Of a stretch of 64,000 bases of DNA, positions 25,326 through 38,558 are shown one piece after another. The notes under the pieces were generated by a model. That model saw only the letters and a list, made by a program, of their open reading frames with translations. It was not told where the DNA came from and did no database searches. The translations under genes were made by a program, and so were the position numbers. The stretch's first letter is position 1. Every line of letters starts with the position of its first letter. Source of the DNA: Kudoa neothunni (taxonomy: Eukaryota > Animalia > Cnidaria); contig OZ199840.1 of NCBI GenBank assembly GCA_964304625.1, positions 4,192,490 to 4,256,489 on the forward strand, in the 5' to 3' direction.

Positions 25326-26730
25326 AAATGTATATTGTTGATAATAACGAGTGTGATAATATAAATGATGAATTTAAAAAGTGACGAATTTAAATATGAA
25401 ACCCTCTAAATACAGAGGAGTTTGCTCTTCCTTGTTTGGATTTTACAACCTATTCACCCATGTATCTTATATATCTAACAAGGACAAAATTGTTATTTCA
25501 GTTTCGTCTTAACATGGCGCGATAGATTTGACTTCTGACGTTCGTATTAAAGGAATAACGGGTAACGTGGAGTTCAGGCGCACCGCCCCGCAATCCTTCG
25601 CATATTAGCTGCGGATTAGGGCTAAAAATGGTGATAACAATCTTTTTTCGGGATTTAAAAAATGTTGATGCCAGCAAAACCAAGAAATTTTTATTGACTG
25701 AATGGTGTTAAACAAAAAATACTGTTTGGAGTTGCTTCAATTTATTGGATTACCAAGAAAACCAAATTATTATTATAACAATGAGATGCAGTTAGTTGTA
25801 AGAAAACGATTAATTGATAGGCATTCTTTCCATTATAAAAACTGTGGAAAGTATAGTTCCAGGGATTGGAAAAAATTAATTGGTCAAAAATTAATGACAA
25901 TTAATATAATTTTAATTAATATTCTTTCCTATTATAATTGTTTTTATCCTTGAATCTATTCATTTGTATTTTGAATTTTGCAGCATGTCTATAATAATTT
26001 ATAATTTGCCGATTTCCATGTTTGTTTCAATTGTAATAAACATCTATTTGTCTTAGCTCTCTAAAAAACATTTTATAAATAAACGATGTCTCTCTTAATC
26101 ATAGAGCAAGTTTATGTTGCATTTTATACTTCATCTGGATTTGATAATGCATCTTCGTGTATAGTACTAAATTCACATGTCCAAGTTCTGATTAGTGGTA
26201 ACGACTAATTCTTAATCTTCTAACAACTAAAATGATTTTTTAATGTAATGTAAATATTGATCAACATCGACTCCAATTAATATTTTAAACAACAATTTCT
26301 AACATTTATTTCTATTTCTTCTAAGTTAATACTTGAATACGAATTTTTTGATTTATTTATCGATTTATGCAACTTTAAAAATATTAAATATCCCCCTATC
26401 ACATTTATAAGGTCAATATCGACGAAATATTTTTTAGAAAAATCTAGATTTTAGAAACAAAAGTTTGAATCATCTCTTTAAATTCACACATTTGGGATAT
26501 TTTGTCTACTGTTACCATTATTATTATATCACGGTTTTATTATGGTATTGGGTATCATTTATTATTTTTCCATATTTTTTATCTCTATTTTATGTTTACT
26601 CTTTCTATAATAGATAATAATGTGAGACGAAAACAATAAAGATCCTTATTAATAAATATTGAGCATAGTAAAAATATTTTCTGAACATATTTATTCTTCT
26701 AAATAAAATATAAATGACTAATCTTTTATC

Positions 26731-27700
26731 AACCCTTTGAACCCCACTGTTGCTAAATGGCAACGTTTTAATTTTATGAATGTTTAACCATTTAATTACA
26801 TTTTTTAAATATATCTTTATTATAATAATATAGTTAATGTTTATTTGATTTTATAAAGATGAATTATAAAAACTTGTATGCTTTATATCAATAGCAATAC
26901 AGATGAATATCAAACTCTACGGCAAATATAAAAATGGCTAAAAGTATCCTGCAATTGAACTTGGAATTTTGAGGTTCCAATAAAATTTAAAAATATACAC
27001 ATATACTATTAAATAAGTTTATTCTAAAAATGAATCTAAAGAGAAAATATGTTTTGATATGTATACTATAGAGACATTAATCCTTGTTGCCATTTGGCAA
27101 CGTTCGACCCTCGATTTAAATGTTTATACTCCTTGAATTGGATTCTGACTAGATTGGGCGAGAGTGGGAATAGGAACAAACAGAACAGACTTTTAAAAAA
27201 TCATATTATTACCAGGTGGGGACAAATCAGACGTTGGACTGGAATAGGATTCCATTTTATATAGTAAATATGATGGTATTGTATCCGAACACAGTTCTAG
27301 TGATGAGGAGGAAGACGATTACCGTTTAAATTAGACAATGAACGCGAAAAATTTATTAACTAATGATATTGAAGCAACTGATATTTTTGAACAAGCTGAA
27401 TATATTATATTTGAATGTTTCATTTATTTCAACCGATTCTATAATGATAGATCATTTGAACATATTTGCATTAAGTGTCATGTTCATTTGTACCTCAATA
27501 AAAAAACAGAAACTGCTTTTTGGATTATCAAAATCATAATAGATAATTTAATATTTCATTTCTGATGGTGGAAGAGTAATTTTTTGGTTAAAAACAAAGT
27601 AACATAAAAACGACCACACACACACTCCTGCATATTGAAATAAGCCGCGTCCCAATGTTGCCATTTGGCACCGTGTGTGTATCTTTCCAATTTTTGAAAT
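26731..27700 (+). mobile_element. Non-autonomous piggyBac deletion derivative
   Basis: Starts AACCCTTTGAACCCC. Carries three copies of a palindromic subterminal motif TGTTGC(C/T)A(A/T)(A/T)TGGCA(A/C)C (~26749, ~27086, ~27656). Retains an acidic N-terminal remnant (SDEEEDD, ~27300) and a Cys-rich C-terminal remnant (CIKCHVHL...NCFLDY, ~27470-27530) but no catalytic core. Right end not defined. Confidence 0.65.
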
Positions 27701-30422
27701 AACTGCTCCAATTTTTGGATATTTTATATAAAATTATTTAAAATGAAACATAATGAGCAAAAAAAATTTACGTTAATAAGGTGTGTTATACAATATGACG
27801 CATTTCGTTATTGTATTAGTTCAATGTTAGGATTCATACAATATATTTTTGTTTTTAGGGGAAAAATATTTTTAGTTGTATTAAGCAAATAATGACTATA
27901 TGGAAACTAAAGTTATTAGCATTTTTTGTTTCGATTTTTAATATTAAATACTAATAGAGTTGATAAATAATGACCTAGTTGCAATTATTTCTAGGCTGAC
28001 TGTTTCCCAGGTACCCGATAATCCCCTCCCGGGACTGGCTATTCTCATGAAAACGAATTACTTCTCTATTATAAAAGATATTTTCAATCTGACTTCTTGC
28101 TTAAATTTAACTATTTTTAAACTAATTTTTGATGCAAAAATAATTTGAAAATTTAAAGAGCAAAAATTCAACATTTTGTCAGCTCTGTTCATATTATTCA
28201 ATAAATACACTCACATTGTTTGAGTCTAATATTACATACTATAAACGTTTAGTTGAAATAAAATGCAAATATATCTAATGGCTGGTAGAAACCTTTAGTT
28301 TAATACGTCTAAACGCACCCAATTTAAATTAGAGTAAGTCATCTCCAATCATTTAGGAAACATGTACATTTCTATCTAAAAATTTTTTTAATATAAATTA
28401 AAAAAGAGGTCGTTAATTAATGGATATTAACTGGATCTGAATTATTCCACATCAACATAAATCACTTTTCGTATGTATCTATAGGATTGCACCGTAATTT
28501 CGGGGAATTTTCGTTGTTTTTCCCTACATATATATTTACTTTAGTTAGAAGCACGGGGAAGGATTTCATGTTGCCAATCCTTGAATACGGAACCTATAGT
28601 TTAAATTTAAGAGTAAACCTATACGTCCTAATTTAAACTCATTTACCAATTTTGAACATGTGTGGCGATAATAAATGTTTCTGCATTAATTTCTCTAGTA
28701 ATATCTCAATGGGTAGATTTATAAAATTAAAAGTTTCGAATGATTGCACATTATTTAAATATCACAGCAACATTTGGCTAATGGAATAAGACATGACTAA
28801 TTTTTTTTTCAATAATATAACAACGAATTCCTAAATCCTTGTTGGTCACCAAACACATTTGATTTTTGAAGGAAGAATTAAACCTTATGTTGATTTCCTT
28901 CATTTTTGATAATTTATTTTCTTTGAACTATTTAAAATAGTGACCTATCTAGGATTAATGTCGCGATGAACAAGATCAATCATTGCATATTTATTTTATC
29001 AGTTATTAAACAACATCAAATAAATGTGGAGCGATTCCAATGGGATATTCGTGCTCGTTGCTTCATTTAATTTAGGTTGAAATTTTTTTTTCCAGCTTTT
29101 AAAGTAAACATCTCTGATATGAATGGATCCGAGAGATTAGTCTATTCCTTGTTATATAAACTTTTGAGAATTGTCATCTTACATGTATGGTAGTGAGTTA
29201 AATTGATTGATTTTACTTCAAGAAAGGCGTAATCATCATTAGGTGTAATGTATGTATTCAAGACCAAAAATTCGTGGATGATGATTTTTGAGTGCCTTTG
29301 CTTTGACTTTTGTAGAACGAACCGACGAAGAAATGTAGTAAGTATAATAAACAAGGTTGGAGTTAAAATAACGGTTGATTCGTCCTTGAGCAATTTGAAT
29401 TGTTCTGAAAAATTTCATTTTAAGATTGCAAATATTTGCTCGCGGATACTGAGGAATATGTAATTTTAATAGTTCAGAAAAATCAATTTTCACTCCAATG
29501 AAGAATTGATCAACTTATCCATTAGCTATGGTTGTTAAGCTGTGCGCCCCATAAAATTTTTCAATAAAAGGTATAGGTTTGAGCAAATCAATTTAAAAGC
29601 GCTTCATAGGAAGCAATAATGGCATCACGTTTCAGACTTATTCCATGTAATTGGTATTTTATATCTTACAAGAGCTTAAATTTCTCTTCTCTAATTGAAT
29701 GTAATATATAAACTTGTTATACAGATGTCGGATATTTCATAGTTCTTAAAAACTAATAAATAACTCACGAAATAGAGAGCCCCACTATCAAATAGAATCC
29801 ACGAGCATATTCAGACATGGTGGGTGACACAAAATTTCACAAACAGAAAAGTTTCTATTTATTATTAAATGTTTTTAAATTTTATTTAAATTGTAATGTT
29901 TGTATTACATTATATAAGACTAAAAATTGTGTGTGCTTACTGGGCAGTGTAAACAGGGAAGATAAAATGTGGAATTCTTGTTCTTTAAATTTTTAAACAA
30001 TCTTTGTATAGAAAATTAGATTAATAATAGCTTAATTCAAATAAGAAATTAGAGTTGAAATATCTTTTATAACGGAGGAGATATTCGTTACCATGAGAAT
30101 AGCCATTGTCTTTTAAACTTGAAATGTTTATTATAAAAAACAAACAAAAAAATATGCACAGAATATTCAAAACAATCAGTATTACATTTTTAAATACACT
30201 CTAAATATTAGAATCTAAACATCAGAGTATCATTAAGGATGATCGTAGTACATTATATTTTTATGTTTTTAATTTAATTATACTATACATTCTTGTATTA
30301 ACATTTGGGGTGCAATTGTGAAATAACCTATAGAAATAGATCAACAAAAATTGGTATCTAGTGAAAATTATAAATATAACATTCTTTTTAATTATAGTTT
30401 GAATTTGCAAAAACAACCAAAA

Positions 30423-31864
30423 TCATTGGCTTGGTGTTTGTTGGTCATCCTGAGTGTTTCCAAGTGAATCACTTTTTGTGTATGTACCGTCATCAGGATC
30501 CATTTGTTCCCAGCAAATAGTTTTGCAAGCATCGAATGATTTAAAATTATTAGCATTTCCATTGAGTCCCCCAAACATGAATGGCAAACATTTAAAGTTA
30601 TCTTCGGAACTATCAAAATACCATCTTTTAACATTTAAATTTCCATTAATATTATCATCTTTGCTGAATTCACCAGCTTTTGGCATATAACAAACAGGTT
30701 CTCTTTCTATAGCTTCATCTTCTGCAGGTTTATCTATTTAATTTTCAGTAAAAATTTTGCATGTTTAGTAATTTACCCCATCCACAGTAACTTTCACAAA
30801 TTTCAGCTGAAGGAAAATTATTTTTTGTTCGGTTAAACGCACCAGGCCAGCTTTCAAAGCGTGAACAACCTTTGTTGCTATGGTTGTAATAGAATCTTAT
30901 TGTTGGTTTATGTGAGCCACTCGCTGGTTTTTCGAACTGATCAGGTTGCACTCTACTACATGCAGGTATTTTTTGTTTCCTTTTAGCAACCGTATCAGCG
31001 ATTGTATCATCATGCTCATTTGCTATTGAAACATCATTTAAGTACAGAAAATGTTAATTACGGAAACATTTTTTAATGCATTCATTAATGGTGTCGAATG
31101 CCCCTCTTATCTTTTTTTAGTATCTATCAATCCTGCTGCTGCATACACGCATTGCTTCTCATCAATTAATGCGATAGCTTTGATTTCGGCTTCTTCCTTT
31201 TGAAGATCTGGTTTCAAGTGGCAGTCATGGTAATTTGGAATAGCATATTTATTTTTATCATTTTCGTTACTTAAATTCCCGCTATCTAGTTCGCCATATT
31301 CCAGATCTTCGTGTAATAATGTTATTATTAATAAATATTTTAGTATAACATACTATAACAGAATATTTTGCATTCTTCTTCGGTATCGTATCGGTTTCTA
31401 TTTCCTCCGCAACCTGAGTATTCGAAACTTTCACAAGCAGCAGTGGATTTATTCCATGACCATTTTTGTGTGATCTGAGCTTTACAAAGCCCTTTCTCCT
31501 TAGCCTTGTCTTGGCACCCATTAATTTTATCAGAAATCGGATTTTCAACTAAGCTAAATTAGTGTATTACATCAATAGAGAATTTACGATGTCTTTCGCA
31601 TTCTATTTCCGTTCTAAAGTTGTTAAAGTTGCCCCTTGTTCCTCTGTATTGGAAAGTTTCGCATTTAGCTGTTTGATTATTAATATACCATCTTGTGAGT
31701 TCGTTGTTTATATCTTCACCTTGTTTAAATTCACCCACATCCCTTTCATAGAAAGGAAGTGCTCGTTCTGTATAGGAATTATTTAGAGTGAACGAAACAT
31801 GTGTACCCGATTTTATGTTAAAATAATAGACATTTACAACCACAAATGTTAATAAATATAACAT
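30423..31864 (-). CDS. Secreted multi-Kunitz (BPTI-type) protein with five domains; one apparent frameshift
   Basis: Signal-like N-terminus MLYLLTFVVVNVYYF. D1 RWYINNQTAKCETFQYRGTRGNFNNF; D2 GCQDKAKEKGLCKAQITQKWSWNKSTAACESFEYSGCGGNRNRYDTEEECKIFC; D3 degenerate (CHLKPD...GAFDTINECIKKC); D4 RFYYNHSNKGCSRF...NNFPSAEICESYC; D5 RWYFDSS...CLPFMFGGLNGNANNFKSFDACKTIC. One domain per exon, phase-1 introns. The 3' end could instead splice to ~30330. Confidence 0.88.
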
Positions 31865-33356
31865 TTTATTCAGTTACAATAAATACTATTCACAGATACT
31901 AATATTTTATTGGGAACTTCGTTAAATAAATAATACACCGATGTATTATTTATGTAGCCAATCAATAGTATTATTCATTGACCGTAATACGAGGTATATT
32001 GCATAAATAGTTGTTATTACGTTGAAGATTTTAATTCGTTTATATTCTATAGAAGAAGATATACAAAAATTGAATTAAGCCTAGAAAATATATAAAAATA
32101 AAGGTTACATTGAAATCTCATTGTTGAGCATAAATATGTGTGCATTTCCGCCCACAGATGAAACTTTAATTTAAAATAATTCGAATAAAATATCATTTAT
32201 TCTAAAAAACATAGGTTACTTCCTGGCTTTATTCACGTTTTAACATGGTAAATATTCAGTATAATTAAAAACGCTATTGTTATTCCAAATATTAATATAA
32301 GCCTAGGATAAATTTATTAATCAAAATTGTTAGTTTCTGACTTAAAAAAGAAAGTTATCCATATGTTTTTCGAATTAATCCAATATTTTTGTATAAAATC
32401 GAAGACAAGTATCCTTAGAAAATAATAAATTCGCATGTCAAGACGTTATTAACTTGAAATATTTTATTAAGAAAAAATAAAATTTGTAAAGATACATATA
32501 CCTAAGAATGATATAATGAAAATGTTTAAATTAATATGTAATAAATAATTACGTGGATTTATTACAGACAGTGCAAGAAAACAAGTCAAATAATATAGAT
32601 GACAACTGCCAACATGGCATGAGCGGTAGCTCTAATAGGAAATGTGGAAGAAGATTAATCATTGATGAATCTTCAATTTAACTCCATTATTATCCAATAA
32701 AATCTACAGGAAACGATATATATTTATTTGTTGTTTTGTTTTATTTAAGGGTGTCTCTAGAAAAGGTTTTAGAGTGTATTGGGAAACCATTCATTATGGA
32801 ACAAATCAATCTAAATCGTCTACCTATTCAATAATATAAAACTTTTTTGGCCGACTGTTAACATGGATTTAGAATTTCATTTTAATACTTAAGTAAACTT
32901 AGTTAAGATTTAAAATAAATATTAATAGCTCCAACCGAGAATCGTACTCGGTATGAACGGAAAGTCGTAAAAACAATAAAAATGTTAAGCTACATTAAAT
33001 ATGTCACAATGGTGAATAATCGGCAAGATCTCTTACTCCCCATTACACATGTAAATAGTTAGAAGCCATGTCCATGTGCTTATAATTTTTCGGCAGAATG
33101 TATGCCACACTGAAACAATTTATATACACACGAAATATTATTTATGTGGCTTAAAGAGCATAAACAATAGCGCAATTCAGAAATGACGATGCATCCAATG
33201 TTTTATAAATAAATACAGGCAGTAAATTGTTAGAAAATATGGGTTTATTGAACAAAATAAATTATTCGAATCATACACAATTAAAATTAATTACAACAAG
33301 TATAATAAAATATAACAAACATAGTAAATGAGTGAATGCGGCAGAATCGAAATGTC

Positions 33357-36300
33357 TTATGCCTTTTGGGGAGTAATTGGTGGCCAAATCGACTCCACAT
33401 TTTGTTGCAATGTTTCAGGTAGTAAACGGACGTATTTATCCAAAAGAACTATATTAATTCGCATTATAAATGAAAAACAGACATCTATATACAATTAGGT
33501 GATTTCTTCCAAGTTTTTAATAGTGTCTTTTTACAGTGGATATCACCATTGACAAACAAATCAATTATTTCACAAACGGTTACGTTGTAGCTAATCATTT
33601 ATCAAAGTATTTAAATTTCACCAAAAAAGATACATTTGATCAGAGGTATTCAAATTTTTTGGATTGTACAAAAGGAAATCATTGAACTGTTTCAAGCTGC
33701 TAAAAAGTGTGCCATCGAGGAAAAACATGGTGAAAGTTTTGTAAAATTCGAAAGAGTCCGTTTTCATGGCGATTTTGGATAATTTAGGAAGAGACCAAGC
33801 GTGCGGTCCATACGTGACTTTTGTTGTAGCCATTATAGCATCTGCTGAGACGTCGTAAATTGGAGGCTCCTTTTTGGATATTTCAAATCGACAGAACGAA
33901 TCAAATTGGATAAGTTTTTTCGGGTTGATGGCACAAACATCTAGACGTGTATTATTCCCACATAAAAACTCCATGAAACAACTGAAATTACCATTTACAT
34001 AAAGTTTGGAAGCTTCATGGAGGGATACAAACAAAATCCATGGAGGTAGTCGTTTTGATAACACACTCGAGGGATGAATATACACATCGGCTGAAGTCAG
34101 TCCACACTATTTTCCAATTAATAATCAAGTTGTTATTTATGATAGCAGTTCGGAAACTGCACAAATTTAAAAACAAAGATAAGCATAATTTAGAAAAATT
34201 ATAAAATTAATTTATAATATGTATCGAGTATTTTCCTACTTGATATGGATGCCTTATGTGACCATTTTCATTGATTTTAGGCATTTTTCTAATAAAAAGA
34301 TAAAAAACAATGTCGAATAACGAAAATTACTTAGCGATATGATCTGGGAACCCACAAAGAACAACAGCAACAATAATCTCGATTTGTGAGGAGGTTGGAG
34401 GTGGGATTTGAGAGACTGCATCTATCTCGCAGTCATAACGATGTTTCACTAAGTATTATATGAATATACAAAACTACTGATCTTATAAGCAATAATCAAT
34501 TACAGATCTTTTTCAACTGATCAACCAAATTACAAACTTCCGTCAACGACTTGTAGTTGATTCGATGTATGTTGCAATAGTTTTCTCGATCTTCCACGCT
34601 ATCATAATGAAGGCTGGCCCCAATCATTTTGATCAAAAATAAAAAGTCACCAAGCACATATTCCTTTCCGTGCTAGAGAATATAAAATTTGATTGTTTTC
34701 TCTGTATGATTACCTTGGAGATCCATTTGAGTCGGTTGGTAAATGATTCATTTTCGTTGTTTTCAGTTGACGGCAATACCAAATCCTATAAATTATAAAC
34801 TCGCATTACACACAACACACTTTAATATAGAAATTTATAAACAACAAATTACTCTAACCGACAATGAGGCAATCAATATTATCACATAGAAAACTATGTG
34901 AATACTGCATTGCTCTTTCTTACAATATTCCATAGCTTTAAGTAACATTTTAGAATAACGAGGAGATATAGGTAATCTGGACATTTCTTTTCCAAGTTCG
35001 GTTGGGACACCGCACAACGATAATGAACTGTCTATATTTTATATGGAACTCATTAATTTAAATCAACAAATCAACCAACCATTTCTATCAACAACTTTTT
35101 TCATCTCAAGAGCTCCTATAGCAACTAACAGGGTTTCAGCGTTTTTTATGGAATCTTTAGAAGGTGGCGTGGGGGAAAGGAAAGTCTTCGACTCGAGCAA
35201 TACCAAGACACTACGTTCGAGTAATTTTTTTTAAATATGACACAAAAAATACAGAGATACTTTCATTTGAAGTATAACCGATTCTAAAGGTTGTCTAAGA
35301 ATGTCGGGTTCAGTGAAATCAGGCATGTCATACTGATAAACAGCGGAAGAGTATAGTCTAAATAACAACAGTTTAAATTTAATGAGAATAATGAGAATCT
35401 TGAAAATATTAAAATAAGCACCTGTAACAATGTCCAGGCCCGACTCTACCAGCACGACCAGTTCTTTGTTCAGCAGAGGCCTTTGAGCACCAACACACAC
35501 TACGAATTTAAAATTAAAATTGAACCATTTAAATCTTATTAATTGAAAGTAATCTACTCAAAAGTAGTGGCTGAAGATTGACTATCGTATAACCGTTGTT
35601 TCACTTTTCCAGTATCAACGACGAATTTGATATTCGGTATAGTGATTGAGGTTTCAGCCACATTAGTGGCAACAATACAATGACGTACGTTCTCGGGCGG
35701 AGATTGAAATACTAGTTTTTGTTTTTCTGTCGATAGATTGGCATACAAAGGGTAAACAATCATTGGGTATGATGGGTTTGTATTGTCACCACTGTTATCA
35801 TCATTCTCAGAAAACTCGTTTGATGAGCAGTCAGAAATATTATCAGAACAGTCAATTTTATCGCGAGTATCATCCGTAGTATCGCTAGAAGATTCCTCGA
35901 AGGTCATTTTACTATCGAATTAATTAATATTATCTTTGTATTGTATTTTGTGATAGATTGAATCACTTTTTGAGAGACTTCGTACGATATTTGGAATGAT
36001 TAAATGTTGAGGTGTTTTCTGAGAAGCGAGTCCGTAACCAATTGCACAACAAAGTGACCTCTCGATGGCTAGTTACAAACACCAAAATACTACCGCGAGG
36101 ATGGTTATTCTTGTGTATACTACACACCTAACTCAAATTATAGCCGACTTAAACATACCAAAATAACCAACTCGTTTGAATGCAGCCGTCATGTAATCGG
36201 AGGGAGTTTTCCTCGAAAAGTGGACACTTACAGGATATTGTCGAGAGGAAATCTAAAAACACACCAGTTTTATTATAAATAAGCAAATCAACTAGCTACT

Positions 36301-37886
36301 TACTTTGATAACAGGAGGAACTTTTGAAGGGAAAAGTAACGCGTTACTTTCAAACTGTTCCAGTTGTAATGTTGCTGACATAATAATCAATTTAAGTGGG
36401 TTGAATTGCTAAGAAAAATAAATTAAAATGAATCTTTAAAAACATAATGTTCAATGTCAACCCATACCTTGTTTCGAACCACCACAATACGTGAAAGTAA
36501 CCCTAAAAGTATATCGGTATGAAGACTACGCTCGTGGGCTTCATCAATTATAATAACCGAATAGTTGGAAAGCAGAAAATCCTAATAGTTAAAATAAGCA
36601 TTTGGGGAAATATTGAGTGTGTTACGCTTTCGATTTCTTTTATTAGAACACCATCAGTCATAAATTTGATACGAGTGTTTGCTAGACGTGATTCATTACT
36701 TTTGTCAAGTCATTGACAGAATACCTGATACAGTCCCCATCGTGTCGAATCTTGTAGCTACATTCACTAGATAACAACTTAGACAAATTAACATGTTGAA
36801 TTAAATCGTACTCTTTTTTAAATCCAAGCTCAACACCTACACGCTCACTCATAGCTATTGCAGCTACACGCCTCGGCTCCGTGATGCCTATCATACCCTG
36901 CATGTATCTAACGTGAGCAGATTAAATAAAGACGATTCCAAATAAAGTGTACGAACTTTTTTTTGTTTTTTTCTATTAGAATATCCTGCTTCGTACAGAA
37001 ATTGAGGCAGTTGGGTGGTTTTACCGCTGCCCGTCTCGCCAGATATTATTACCACCTCGTTATTGGATATCTCCTCCATGATCATCTGCTCCTCTCCCAA
37101 TATTGGTAGTTGTAGACGAATTTTCTGTGATCAAGCTCAATTTAAACCAACTTAAACACATTTAGTCTCACCTGGATTTCGGGATCTCTTTTAACTAACA
37201 CATAAGATGGTTTCTGAACCTGCGATTTTTCAACAGAATTCACAGGCTTTATTATGGAGATCTTTTGGTGAAGAGAAGTTTCATTAGCCTTGATAAATGC
37301 CCCTTCCTGCTCAATCAACTTCTCATTAGAACAATCCATATCTACATTGGTTTCCCTCAGCTGTCTTTTCATCGTTCTTGGCCTCTCTGCCAGTTTCAGC
37401 GGATCTGCTGCTTTCCTCATCCTCTACATCGCCTTGAACTTGATTCTTGTAAATTAACTATGTGATATGTTCTTTTTGTGGTAAACAACATCAGACTTTC
37501 TTTTTCGTGTTGGTTTCTTAATCGCTTCAGTGGTTGTGGACATTAGGGGGAATTTTTCTTCCTCAAAATTATCACTATCAATATTACTGTTGGTGAGTAG
37601 GTTAGATTTGGGTTTTTGGCCGATATGAATAGTGGATGTATAACATGCAAGCTGCTCAGAAGGAATTTGATTACTCTTTAGTTGTTCATACAACTGAGCC
37701 CGCTCTTTCTTTTGATTTTTTCTTTTCTTAATATTTTCAAGTTTTCTCCTTTTTTTGTTTTGTTTGTTTTTCTTCGATGTACTGTTCATATTTAGTTTTT
37801 ACGCATTTCTTGGCATTTAATGTTGATTTTTTGGTTGCAGGTTCGTGAAGTAACTTGTTTGTATCTTCAAGTAAGTGACCCAGCAT
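33357..37886 (-). CDS. DHX37: DEAH-box RNA helicase DHX37 (Dhr1/kurz), multi-exon
   Basis: [38 protein letters not shown]; [16 protein letters not shown]; DEAHERS; [31 protein letters not shown]; QRTGRAGR; C-terminal [16 protein letters not shown]. Start is uncertain (ATG 37789, or ATG 37886 with a 1-nt shift). Confidence 0.95.
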
Positions 37887-38558
37887 GAGGTTGGGCCCTT
37901 CTTTCTCCTTTCTTCCTTGGTTCGACCCCCAAAGCTCTTCATTTCTCCCCACGTGCTATTCTTTGAAGATGCGTTATGAAACTTGTCCGAAGTTAAAGTA
38001 TGTAATAAGTAGTTTTATTTTTGAGAAGCATTAGATTTTTGAATGGGCGAAGGGGAATTATTCCTGTAATTGGTCTAAATTCGATTTTTAATACTCAGAT
38101 TCGTATAGATATTAAAGGTTTAATTTTTTAATTATTTAATAATTTTTTAAATATCTGTATGTATTTAAAAATTTAATGAAATCATTTTATTTAAGGTAAA
38201 ATAATTATTCTCTCAACCCGATCATTTACGACGGTTGGCGAAAGAACGTACACCCTCTCCCCATTCTTTTAACTGGTGGTTTTAAGAAAATTATAATTTC
38301 TTTAATTAGATTTTATTCTTTAAAACGTTAATATTATTTGTAGGATATTTGAAAACGATTTATTAGATTAAATGAGTTTTTATTTGGTTTCCTAGGCGCG
38401 AATCCAAATTTTTATAATAAAACAATATATAAATCGGCAACTATTATAATAAAAAAGAGAAAAAGAAATTTATTGTAAATTGGTAATCAAATCATTCTAA
38501 TTAAAAGTACTGTCTAGATTTAAAATTAGTCAGTGAACATTGAATAAGGAAGATGGAA

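Noticed and set aside
25700-29650. Short ORFs at 25702-25953, 27960-28148 and 29142-29493 as genes
   Set aside because: No recognisable motifs or consistent splice structure; probably decayed repeat or AT-rich noise.
32925-33000. tRNA gene on the minus strand (T-arm-like CCGAGTACGATTCTCGG followed by TTGGAGC)
   Set aside because: No D arm or anticodon arm can be formed; at most a decayed tRNA-derived repeat.
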